Shown here: one piece after another, positions 56,066 through 64,000 of the stretch
How positions within the stretch are numbered: the first letter of the stretch is position 1
Layout of the letters: each line of letters opens with the position of its first letter
From: Nannocystales bacterium
GTDB lineage: Bacteria; Myxococcota_A; Polyangia; Nannocystales; Nannocystaceae
Direction: 5' to 3'
NCBI GenBank assembly: GCA_050633305.1
Contig: JBOEGF010000008.1
Span: 256,001 to 320,000, forward strand
DNA: 64,000 bases
Made by a program: the position numbers and the translations under genes
Notes under the pieces: generated by a model
Database searches by the model: none
The model's input: only the letters and a program-made list of their open reading frames with translations
Told to the model about the DNA's origin: nothing

Positions 56066-58171
56066 TCAGAGGAAGGTGAGCTCCCCTTCGGCGGCCAAGT
56101 CCGCGAACTCGTCCTCGTCGACCTCTTCAGCGGCTTCATCCGGTTCGGGAAGCACAATCCGGATTCGGGTCCCTTCGCCCTGAGCCCACTCCAGCTCGAC
56201 GATCCCGCCCGCGGCTTCGACCTCTCGCACGACAACATCCATCCCGGAGCAGCCCTGAGCCTCGTGCGCAGCGCCAGAGTCGTTGGAGCGGTGGAGGCGA
56301 TGGACCTCTCCGAGCGATCCTTCCAAGCGGTCGGCCTCGACCCCTTCGCGGTCCGCTCGTCCAACGATCTCTGGCGGCACCCCTCTTCCGTCGTCCGTGA
56401 CCTCCAGCACCAACGAGTTGTGGGTGCGTTCGGCCCGAACCTGCACGAGGGCGAGGATGGGTTTCCCCAATCGCGCTCGCTCCGCGCTGTCCTCGATTCC
56501 ATGCTCGACGGCGTTGTTCACCAGGTGGACCAGGGGCGGCGCCATCGAAGCCATGAGGTGTTCCTGAGCATCGAGGGTGTCCCCCTCGATATCGACGCGG
56601 ACCAGTTTTCCGAAGCGCGCAGACGCTTCTCGGCAATGCCGCGCAAGGCTGGCGAGAACTGGAGCCAGCGGGACCCGGCGCACCGACTGACAGATCGATA
56701 CGAGCTCTTGGTGGGCTCGCTCGAAGAATTCCCCAGGCTCCGCGAGCGACCGGTCGGGGCCTTCGGACCGGGCAAGCTCGGCCCACTCACGAACCTCGGC
56801 CCGGAGCGACTCCAGCCGCGCGAGCTGAGCCTCATCGAGGCACAGGCTCGGCCCAACCTCGGGACTGCCCACGGGTACCACCGTCTCACCGGAGTAGACA
56901 ACGATGTCACCTCCGCATTCCAGGACGTGCTCGAGCATCCGGATGTGGGCTTCGAGTTCTGGGCTTGAGGCGACGGTGCCGTCTCCGTCCAATCCCTCGA
57001 CGAGAGCGACGACCCACACTTCGACCAAGTGCACCGAATGCCGAACGCCGTCGAGTTGCTGCTCGGTCATGTTGGCTCCGCACTCGCGCACCGAGCCAAT
57101 CAGGCGTTCGGTGGACCGAGCAAGACGCTGGAGCTGGTCAAGACTGAAAAACCCCGACGTGACCTGCAGTGTGTGCATCGACCCGAACAGCGTCTCGGTC
57201 GAGTCGGCGGGGGAGGTCGACAAGACGTGTCGGGCCCGCTCGACCCCATGAAGCGTCTCGGAACAGAAGTCGCGCAGAAGCGACTGCGGATCTTCGCCGG
57301 ACGGGATCACGAACGCAGTGGTCTCGGGAAGCGCGGTCAGCCGCACCAACGCCGTTTGAAGGCCCTCGAGCTCGCGGAGGATCCGATAGAACATGACCTT
57401 CTCCCCATAGCCACTGGCACCGTTGACCAGCCCGGCGAGATTCTCGACGCACCACGAGAGCGTGATTCCCATCGAAGGCAGCTCGACCAAGGCGAGTACC
57501 GGAGTGCGAACGACCTCGAGCAGCCGGCAAGCCCGAACGGTCGCACCAGGGTCGGGTCCACACCGAATGAGGAGCGCCGTCGCTTGCTCGAGTGCTGCGA
57601 TCGCCCGTTGCCGTCGGGGCGAGGCCATGAACACGATCTCCCCAGCCCAGCCATCACTCGTCACCCGATACACCGCCGCGGCCGGGTGCACATGCACGTA
57701 CATCTCGCAGTCGGCTCGTTTCAAGAGCTCCGGCGTGTCGAGCTTGGGTGCGAGGCCGTCCTCGCTCGTCTCAAACGTCTTGACCCGCCCGACCACATGG
57801 TTGAGCGCTTCCGCGAGGCCATCCTTGATCTGCTCTCCGGTCGCGAGCTCATTCTCACCGTAGTTGAACAGCCAACGCACCATCGCGGCGGCACCTCGTC
57901 CATCCGCAAAAATGGCGAAGTCTTGGACGTCGTCAGCCCCGCAGAAGAGCTGAAGTGAAGCACCGGTCTCCCACGTGCCGCTCGGAAGCGCGTCGAGTAG
58001 AACAGGAACGCACGACACCCGTGCGCCGTTCCCTCCGAGTACAGCCTCTACGGACTGGACGAGCGCATCCGCGTGTGCGGTTTGTGTGGAGTCCCGCTCC
58101 GTCGTGGGCGGAGTTCCTCTGAGTTCCGGTACGGTCACGTCGAGTCCTTCGTTCGGGTCAGATTCGGTCAC
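56066..58171 (-). CDS. Atypical CheA-like protein: CheX-like + Hpt + HATPase, no CheW domain
   Basis: DGLAEALNHVVG...TP (CheX/CheC ExxN), LFGSMHTL..SGF (Hpt), HLVNNAVEHGIE, DDGRG, GMDVV; ends in an acidic tail. GTGA overlap with the response regulator. Confidence 0.75.
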   Translation of the reverse strand: MTESDPNEGLDVTVPELRGTPPTTERDSTQTAHADALVQSVEAVLGGNGARVSCVPVLLDALPSGTWETGASLQLFCGADDVQDFAIFADGRGAAAMVRWLFNYGENELATGEQIKDGLAEALNHVVGRVKTFETSEDGLAPKLDTPELLKRADCEMYVHVHPAAAVYRVTSDGWAGEIVFMASPRRQRAIAALEQATALLIRCGPDPGATVRACRLLEVVRTPVLALVELPSMGITLSWCVENLAGLVNGASGYGEKVMFYRILRELEGLQTALVRLTALPETTAFVIPSGEDPQSLLRDFCSETLHGVERARHVLSTSPADSTETLFGSMHTLQVTSGFFSLDQLQRLARSTERLIGSVRECGANMTEQQLDGVRHSVHLVEVWVVALVEGLDGDGTVASSPELEAHIRMLEHVLECGGDIVVYSGETVVPVGSPEVGPSLCLDEAQLARLESLRAEVREWAELARSEGPDRSLAEPGEFFERAHQELVSICQSVRRVPLAPVLASLARHCREASARFGKLVRVDIEGDTLDAQEHLMASMAPPLVHLVNNAVEHGIEDSAERARLGKPILALVQVRAERTHNSLVLEVTDDGRGVPPEIVGRADREGVEADRLEGSLGEVHRLHRSNDSGAAHEAQGCSGMDVVVREVEAAGGIVELEWAQGEGTRIRIVLPEPDEAAEEVDEDEFADLAAEGELTFL

Positions 58172-58545
58172 GCTGCACGAGCAAGGACGGCAGCGATCCC
58201 CTTGACCAGGCTCTCGCCCTTGAATGGCTTGACGATCCAAGCCGTCGCGCCGTGTTCCTTGCCTCGGGCGACCAGGTCTCGCGACGATTCCGTCGTCAAT
58301 ACGAAGACCGGGACGCTCTGCTTCCCCGGGACCGAGCGCATGCACGCGAGCATCTCCAGCCCATCCATCACGGGCATGTTGATGTCGACGATCGCGAAGT
58401 CGATCGGGTTGTCCTTGGCCTTCTGCAGGCCGATGGCTCCGTTCTCCGCCACGATGACCGAGTAACCAGCCGCCTGAAGGCAGGCCCGAACTCGGTGGCG
58501 AATCGTCGCGGAGTCGTCAACGACGAGAATCATTGCGTTGGACAT
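58168..58545 (-). CDS. Single-domain response regulator (CheY-like)
   Basis: VVDDS, VDINMP.MDG, LTTE, GATAWIVKP; RBS AAGGAG. Confidence 0.92.
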   Translation of the reverse strand: MSNAMILVVDDSATIRHRVRACLQAAGYSVIVAENGAIGLQKAKDNPIDFAIVDINMPVMDGLEMLACMRSVPGKQSVPVFVLTTESSRDLVARGKEHGATAWIVKPFKGESLVKGIAAVLARAA

Positions 58546-58657
58546 GGTTGGGTCGCTCCTTCGTGGTTCGCAGCGGGTTGCTCCCAGCGCTTCGAGCGCG
58601 CTGCGAGCAGCCCAGGCTCCAACACCGAGCCACCCGGTCCCCGACGCGCGTGCGGGT

Positions 58658-58891
58658 TCACTCGGAGACCTCCTCAACGTCCTGCGCGACGGCGACGATC
58701 CGTTCCGTTCCAAGCCATCCGATGGCGGCCCCGACCACGAGCATGGCAAGCACGCCGCCCGCCGTCCCGACCCCGGGCGCATGACTGGTCGACCAGAGCA
58801 TCGCCCCGCCGAGGCAAACCGTCAGAGCGCCGAATGCCGCCCCCACTGCGGTGAATCGACCGATTCGGGAATGCTCTTTGGAGGCCGGCAT
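58658..58891 (-). CDS. Small two-TM membrane protein
   Basis: RBS AGGA, MPASKEHS start, two hydrophobic helices, short amphipathic tail. Confidence 0.5.
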   Translation of the reverse strand: MPASKEHSRIGRFTAVGAAFGALTVCLGGAMLWSTSHAPGVGTAGGVLAMLVVGAAIGWLGTERIVAVAQDVEEVSE

Positions 58892-59088
58892 AGGATTCCT
58901 GTGCGGCGAGCTCGACCCGTGCGCCAGTCTTTCGGCACGGCTGGGTCCTCCGCTCGCCTCCTGAGAATCGACATCGGGCGGGAACACTTGAAGGCAAACT
59001 CGGGCCATCCCGCACCGCGATCTGGCCGAACACGGCGACGCCCGGCCCGAGTCGAGCCGGTCTTTTTGACAACCGGCTCTCCTTGGGC

Positions 59089-60645
59089 TCAACCCCTTGC
59101 GTCGGCGGGATCGATCCCGAGCTTCTTGAGACGGCTTTGCAGGGTCGTCGGCTTCATACCGACCAATTGCGCCGCACCGCCTGCCCCGTAGATCTTGCCC
59201 GAGGTGCGCTCGATCGCGCGTTCGAAGTACGCGCGCTGCATATCATCGAACGCCAGGAACGGGTCGTCAGCGGGCGGCGGAACCGGTGTCCGCTCAGTCG
59301 ACCCGGGGTTGAGGAGGATGTGTTGGACCGCAAGCGCGCCGGATGGTTGGAGGATCACCGCACGCTCCAACACGTTGACAAGCTCGCGCACATTGCCGGG
59401 CCATGTATGCCGGGCCAGAGCTTCGAGCACCTCCGACCCAAAGCTCCAAGGCCCCCGACCGGTCCGACGCGCGAGCGACTCCAACACGCCCCCCGCGATG
59501 CCAGCGATGTCCTCGTGCCGTTCCCGCAGCGGGGGGAGTTCGAGTGGGAACCCCGCCAGTCGGTAGTAAAGGTCCTCCCGAAACCGCCCCTCGCGGACCG
59601 CTTCGCGGAGGTCGACATGACTCGCTGCAAGGACCCGAACATCGACCCGGACCAGCCGATCCGCACCGACCGGCTCGAAGGTGCCCTCCTGCAACACCCG
59701 AAGCAACTTGGCCTGCGTTGCCAAGGACATGTCGCCGATCTCGTCGAGCAGCAGCGTTCCGCCATTGGCGGTCAGGAAACGTCCGCGACGTTCCGCCGCC
59801 GCGCCCGAGAACGCTCCCTTGACGTGTCCGAACAGCTCGGACTCCACCAAGTTCTCCGGGAGCGCCGCGCAATTGAGCGTGATGAAGGGTTGCTCGGCCC
59901 GGGGGCTCCAGGCGTGAATCGCCTGTGCGAGCACCTCCTTTCCCGTCCCCGTTTCACCGGAGATCAAGACAGGCAGCTCTGCCCCCGAGACCTGCTTGGC
60001 AAGCCGAACCACGTGTTGCATCGGCGAGGACAAGCTCGCCTCGAGGGCACGAATCGCCCAGCGCCCCCCGCCGGTTCGCTGTTGGAGGAGCTGTTTTTCT
60101 TCGTTGAGTTGCCGTCGATATCGCTCCAACAACTCCGCCTGCTCGGCAAAGAGCATCGCGATCGACACGATCTGCCCATAAACACCGGCCAGCTGAACAA
60201 CCTCCGGCGAGTATGTCTGGCAGGTCGTTCGGTCGAGCGTGATGATGCCTAGGCTCCGATCCGAGGCGAACAAGGGGACGACCATGCAGGAGTGACCCGC
60301 GGGGAGGTCGAGCACCCCATCGTAAGGGTCGCCCTCTTCGCTACTGTGCTGCTCCTCGGTTTGCGCCACCGGGCGCCGCCGCTCCAGCGCATGCGCGATG
60401 CTCGGGAAACGATCGAGCCGCAGGACATGGCCCGCAACGCGTTCATCAGCGAGCGGGCCGGAGGCCAACCGAAGCCGGAGTTCGTCACGCTCGAGTTCGT
60501 AGACCGCCGCGAGGTCGTACGGGACAACATCGCGGAGGGACGCGAGTGCACCCCGCAGGACGTCGGCCAACGCTTGCGGTCGGCTGGCCATCTCAGCCAG
60601 CCGCCGCAGGTCGGACGCGTGATCGATGGGATCGGCGGCGTTCAT
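59089..60645 (-). CDS. NorR-like sigma54-dependent activator (GAF-AAA+-HTH)
   Basis: GAF with DPYDG, HSC, TLD; GETGTGKE, ESELFGH, GAFSGA, LLDEIG, FREDLYYRL, WPGNVREL, Fis-type HTH. Confidence 0.92.
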   Translation of the reverse strand: MNAADPIDHASDLRRLAEMASRPQALADVLRGALASLRDVVPYDLAAVYELERDELRLRLASGPLADERVAGHVLRLDRFPSIAHALERRRPVAQTEEQHSSEEGDPYDGVLDLPAGHSCMVVPLFASDRSLGIITLDRTTCQTYSPEVVQLAGVYGQIVSIAMLFAEQAELLERYRRQLNEEKQLLQQRTGGGRWAIRALEASLSSPMQHVVRLAKQVSGAELPVLISGETGTGKEVLAQAIHAWSPRAEQPFITLNCAALPENLVESELFGHVKGAFSGAAAERRGRFLTANGGTLLLDEIGDMSLATQAKLLRVLQEGTFEPVGADRLVRVDVRVLAASHVDLREAVREGRFREDLYYRLAGFPLELPPLRERHEDIAGIAGGVLESLARRTGRGPWSFGSEVLEALARHTWPGNVRELVNVLERAVILQPSGALAVQHILLNPGSTERTPVPPPADDPFLAFDDMQRAYFERAIERTSGKIYGAGGAAQLVGMKPTTLQSRLKKLGIDPADARG

Positions 60646-60652
60646 GCGAGGT

Positions 60653-61372
60653 TCAGTCCGCCAGGGCGTTCGCGAGTTCGTCCGCACCCCCGATGTACTT
60701 GCCATCGATGAAGACCTGGGGCGTGGTTGCGGCCTTGGAGACCGCGCGCAGCATTCGGGGACTCGCGGCAACCTCGGCGAAGGGCAGTCCCTTCTCGCGC
60801 AGCATCGACTTTGCACGCGCACAGTGTCCGCACCCTGGCTTGGTCAGGAGCAACACGTCCGGCTCGGCGACATGCTCCGGGTTGAGGTACCGAAGCATCG
60901 TGTCCGCGTCGGACACCTCGAAGGGGTCACCGGGCTTGTCGGGCTCGATGAACATCTTCTCGATCACGCCATCGCGCACGAGCATCGAGTAACGCCACGA
61001 CCGAGGCCCGAAGCCAAGGTCCTGCTTGTCCACCAGCAACCCGAGTCCCTTCGCGAACTCACCGTTGCCATCGGGAACGAAGGTCACACCCGACACGCCT
61101 TGGTCCTTCTTCCAAGCATCCATCACAAACCCGTCGTTCACCGACATGCACAGGATGTCGTCGACGCCTTGGTCCGCAAGCGCCTCCTGGAGTTCGCCAT
61201 ACCGTGGAACATGCGCCGTGGAGCAGGTTGGGGTGAACGCTCCGGGCAATGCGAAGACGACGACGCTCTTGCCCGCGAACAGATCGGAGGTTGTGCGGTC
61301 GACCCATCGAGCATCCTCGATGAAGCGGAAGTTGACTTCGGGAACACGTTGACCTTCTTTGTTTTCGAACAT
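60653..61372 (-). CDS. Hybrid peroxiredoxin (Prx5)-glutaredoxin, glutathione-dependent peroxidase
   Basis: LPGAFTPTCS, SVND.FVM..W, RSWRYSM, then TKPGCGHC...TPQVFIDG..IGG. Confidence 0.93.
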   Translation of the reverse strand: MFENKEGQRVPEVNFRFIEDARWVDRTTSDLFAGKSVVVFALPGAFTPTCSTAHVPRYGELQEALADQGVDDILCMSVNDGFVMDAWKKDQGVSGVTFVPDGNGEFAKGLGLLVDKQDLGFGPRSWRYSMLVRDGVIEKMFIEPDKPGDPFEVSDADTMLRYLNPEHVAEPDVLLLTKPGCGHCARAKSMLREKGLPFAEVAASPRMLRAVSKAATTPQVFIDGKYIGGADELANALAD

Positions 61373-61397
61373 GGGTTGGTCCTCGGCGGGGTAGAAA

Positions 61398-61414
61398 AGC
61401 AAGGCACAGACCAG
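61398..61414 (-). promoter_or_regulatory. Putative sigma54 (-24/-12) promoter
   Basis: Minus strand CTGGTCTGTGCCTTGCT = GG-N10-GC with TTGC, 25 bp upstream of the prx-grx start codon. Confidence 0.6.
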
Positions 61415-61454
61415 CGGTGTATCGTTTGATTTCAACGCCCTACGGTGAACACCA

Positions 61455-61509
61455 ACGATATAACGTCTTTCGCGATGACGAAATATCGTCTCTTGACCGA
61501 TATTTCGTC
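61455..61509. promoter_or_regulatory. Three palindromic ACGA-N4-TCGT-like sites (candidate enhancer)
   Basis: ACGATATAACGT (61455), ACGAAATATCGT (61478), CCGATATTTCGT (61497); the last two also form a perfect 12-bp inverted repeat. Confidence 0.65.
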
Positions 61510-61600
61510 TCACGACTCGGGCGCCGGTTCGTCTTGCGGTACGGGCGGTGGGGGCGCCGGATCGAGAGCCCACCGCGGGTCGGCTAGGCTGCGCCCACCG

Positions 61601-62494
61601 ATGCCAGGGCATTTCTTCATCGTGCTCGACGACGGACCCTGTGCGCTCTCCGAGCAACTCGTCGCGGCCGCGGGGAAGCGAGGCCTGGCGTGTGCGCTCG
61701 TCGTATCCGCCGTTGTGGACCCTCTGGAGCTCCCCCAGCTCGGACCGGGGGACTTGCTGTACCGCGTCGGCGTCTCCGACCGTGCCACGGTCGCGGAACA
61801 GCTGCTGTGCGGGCCCGGTGTCGCGACGCTCTATCAGGACACGATGGGCCCTCACCGTCTCATCGATACGCAGTGCCTGTTCCTGTCCCGGCATGACGTC
61901 CCGGTCCCGGCCGCGGTCTACTCGCTTCCACGCAACGCGGTCGAGTTGCGCGCGGCGGTGGAGAGCGTGGGTGGGCTGCCGGTCATTCTCAAGCAGCCGG
62001 GGCACTCGCTGGGCGTGGGCGTGATGAGGCTGGACAGCTGGAGTGCCCTACACTCCGTCGTCGACATGCTGCGGGCTTCGGTCGGCGATCAGGTCGTCCT
62101 GATGGCGGCGATCGAGCCAGCCGTCCACTGGCGCGTCATCGTCGTCGCAGGCGAGTGCGCGGCTGCGTATCGCAACCCTGTGCGACCGGACGACTTCCGA
62201 ACCTGCGTCGTCGAAGAACCGGAATACTTCCAGATCCCTGCGCCGCCAGCTGCACTGGACGCTGCTGTTCGCGCCACGGAGGCACTAGGGCTGAGATGCG
62301 GCGGTGTGGATGTGCTGGTCCACGAAAGCGGCGAGGTCTACGTGCTCGAAGTGAACTTCCCGTTCTACTTCGGCCATCCGATGCAGGCCGCAAACATCGA
62401 CGTGGCGGCCGCAATGGTGGATGCGCTCCTCAGTGCACCTTCTGACTCGACTCCCGTCTCCGGGACTTCCGCAGCCGCTCCCGACGAGCCTTGA
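61601..62494 (+). CDS. RimK-like ATP-grasp protein
   Basis: PVP, GLPVILK..G.S.GVGV, WRVIVV.G, DFR, GVDVL, VLEVN. Confidence 0.75.
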   Translation: MPGHFFIVLDDGPCALSEQLVAAAGKRGLACALVVSAVVDPLELPQLGPGDLLYRVGVSDRATVAEQLLCGPGVATLYQDTMGPHRLIDTQCLFLSRHDVPVPAAVYSLPRNAVELRAAVESVGGLPVILKQPGHSLGVGVMRLDSWSALHSVVDMLRASVGDQVVLMAAIEPAVHWRVIVVAGECAAAYRNPVRPDDFRTCVVEEPEYFQIPAPPAALDAAVRATEALGLRCGGVDVLVHESGEVYVLEVNFPFYFGHPMQAANIDVAAAMVDALLSAPSDSTPVSGTSAAAPDEP

Positions 62495-62795
62495 GCTGCT
62501 TCGACGTCTTGGTCTGATCAGGGCAGCGAGCGCCCTTTGCAGGCTTGGCCGTGCACTCCTTGGCTTCTTTCAACGCCAGCTCCAGAGCCGCAACCTCCGC
62601 CTCGAGCCGAGCGACTTCCTCCTCCGGCGTTTCCTCGGCAGGTGCTTTGGGCGCCTCGACCTCCGATTCAGAAGGTGCGGCCTTGGGGGCCTCGGCGAGC
62701 GCAGGCGCGCTGACCATGACGATGCCCGCGACAAGGGCAAGGTTGAGACTGGGAGCACGGCGGACGATGGTTCGAGGAGGAGCGATTCGCTTCAT
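62430..62795 (-). CDS. Hypothetical secreted coiled-coil protein
   Basis: Signal peptide (ALA-E), acidic then basic helical segments with a Cys pair. Confidence 0.55.
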   Translation of the reverse strand: MKRIAPPRTIVRRAPSLNLALVAGIVMVSAPALAEAPKAAPSESEVEAPKAPAEETPEEEVARLEAEVAALELALKEAKECTAKPAKGARCPDQTKTSKQLKARRERLRKSRRRESSQKVH

Positions 62796-62867
62796 AGTCG
62801 TGAACTCAACGCTATCAGCTTCGCCAGCGCGGTTGCGCGCAGCCCCCCGTGTTGTCTGACCCCTGCC

Positions 62868-63983
62868 CTACTTCCTGTCCGAAGGTCCCGGAGCGCGCTT
62901 CCACGGCGCCGATGTGTCCCTCGCTGGTTTCGATTTTTTCTTGGTCGGGACCCTCGGTGGTGGCGGCGGCGGGCGAGATGCAGGCTTCGCGGGCGGCTGT
63001 GGCCGCGCCGTCGACTGCGATGACCGACCCGAAGGACGACGACGCCGACGCTTCTTGCGGGTGCTCTTCGGTCGCGGTGCGGGCGCAGCCACGGCGACCG
63101 GTTCCTCCACGACCTCCACGACCTCCGGCGTGACAAGCTCTCCTGGCTCCAGTCGACGAAGCATCGGAGGCGTAAACCAGGCGGGCTCGCCAACCTGTGG
63201 CTCGGAAGCGGCGGGGGTTGCCCGGAAGCCCTGGTCCCAGGTGACCGCGGCGTCGACATCGGCATCCGGTCGACCGTCGACCGAGGCCGTCGCCACATAG
63301 AGTTCCGACGCCGCACTGCCCTCTGAAGACAGGATCCCCGAGACCCAAAGCCCACCCGCGGCAACCGCAACCACGACCGGTACTGCAAGCATCAGCGCAA
63401 CGAATCGGCCCGACCTGGCCCGGCGTGGCTCGGGCGCCGCGGACTCCCCCGTCTCGAACGGCGGTAACCCCGGAGTGTCCATCGATAGGGCCGGTGCAAA
63501 CCCGCGCTCGTCTCGCGGGAGATCGGCCGCAAACCCGGGAGACGTATTGCCCTGAGGCGGGTTCGGACGGTGTGGGGCAGGCGCGACTGCCGTCTGGCTC
63601 TGAGTCACCGCTGCGAGCGGTGCGGAAGGCGGGTCAGAGCCACGGACGGGAAGCCCAGGTTCGGGGTCCGGGACGAGTCGCAACGGTTGGCGACCGCCGG
63701 AGTCCTCTTCGAGCGCGTCGTCGACATCCAGCTCGAGCACCTCCGACATCGCAGCCTCGAGCACATCGGAGGGGTCCTCCTGCTTGGCCCGAGCGGTTGG
63801 AATCGCTGGCGGACGCCGCTCAAACCGCGGCGCAGATGCAGGCGGCGCCAACGGGGCCCGCGTGACCACAGTGCGCTCGCCCACCGGTGTGGGGATGCCG
63901 GTTGCAGGGGCCGCGGCGGGGGACTCTCCGACCCCGAGAGGCTCATCGCCAAGCGCATGCAAGTCGCGCTCGAGGGCGTCCAT
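62868..63983 (-). CDS. Hypothetical Pro-rich single-TM protein (may extend beyond the window)
   Basis: Low-complexity Pro/acidic N-part, one TM helix, basic Pro-rich tail; the frame is open to the window edge. Confidence 0.6.
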   Translation of the reverse strand: MDALERDLHALGDEPLGVGESPAAAPATGIPTPVGERTVVTRAPLAPPASAPRFERRPPAIPTARAKQEDPSDVLEAAMSEVLELDVDDALEEDSGGRQPLRLVPDPEPGLPVRGSDPPSAPLAAVTQSQTAVAPAPHRPNPPQGNTSPGFAADLPRDERGFAPALSMDTPGLPPFETGESAAPEPRRARSGRFVALMLAVPVVVAVAAGGLWVSGILSSEGSAASELYVATASVDGRPDADVDAAVTWDQGFRATPAASEPQVGEPAWFTPPMLRRLEPGELVTPEVVEVVEEPVAVAAPAPRPKSTRKKRRRRRPSGRSSQSTARPQPPAKPASRPPPPPPRVPTKKKSKPARDTSAPWKRAPGPSDRK

Positions 63984-64000
63984 GTCCTGCGGCCGTAGGT

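Overview
A GC-rich, gene-dense bacterial window that looks myxobacterial (Nannocystaceae-like). The inference rests on many lipoproteins with Ser/Thr/Asp/Gly stalks and Cys-rich domains, eukaryotic-like Ser/Thr kinases, a Myxococcales-type sigma factor and a DUF1592/DUF1552 pair. I can support about 50 CDS. I found no rRNA, tRNA, CRISPR array, integrase or transposase. The most notable signals are: (1) a Thr-leader-peptide attenuator upstream of thrS that the ORF track misses; (2) an HTH-citrate synthase fusion running off the left edge, divergent from a citrate synthase, with a perfect palindrome between them; (3) a lipoprotein MbnP/MbnH pair facing a His-repeat lipoprotein near an orphan heme A synthase; (4) a CheY plus CheX-Hpt-degenerate HATPase fusion with no CheW, converging on a stand-alone MshEN-like protein; (5) a NorR-like sigma54 activator co-oriented with a peroxiredoxin-glutaredoxin hybrid, behind a sigma54 promoter and three palindromic sites; (6) a stand-alone pseudokinase. 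All calls come from motif recognition by eye, and start codons are best guesses.
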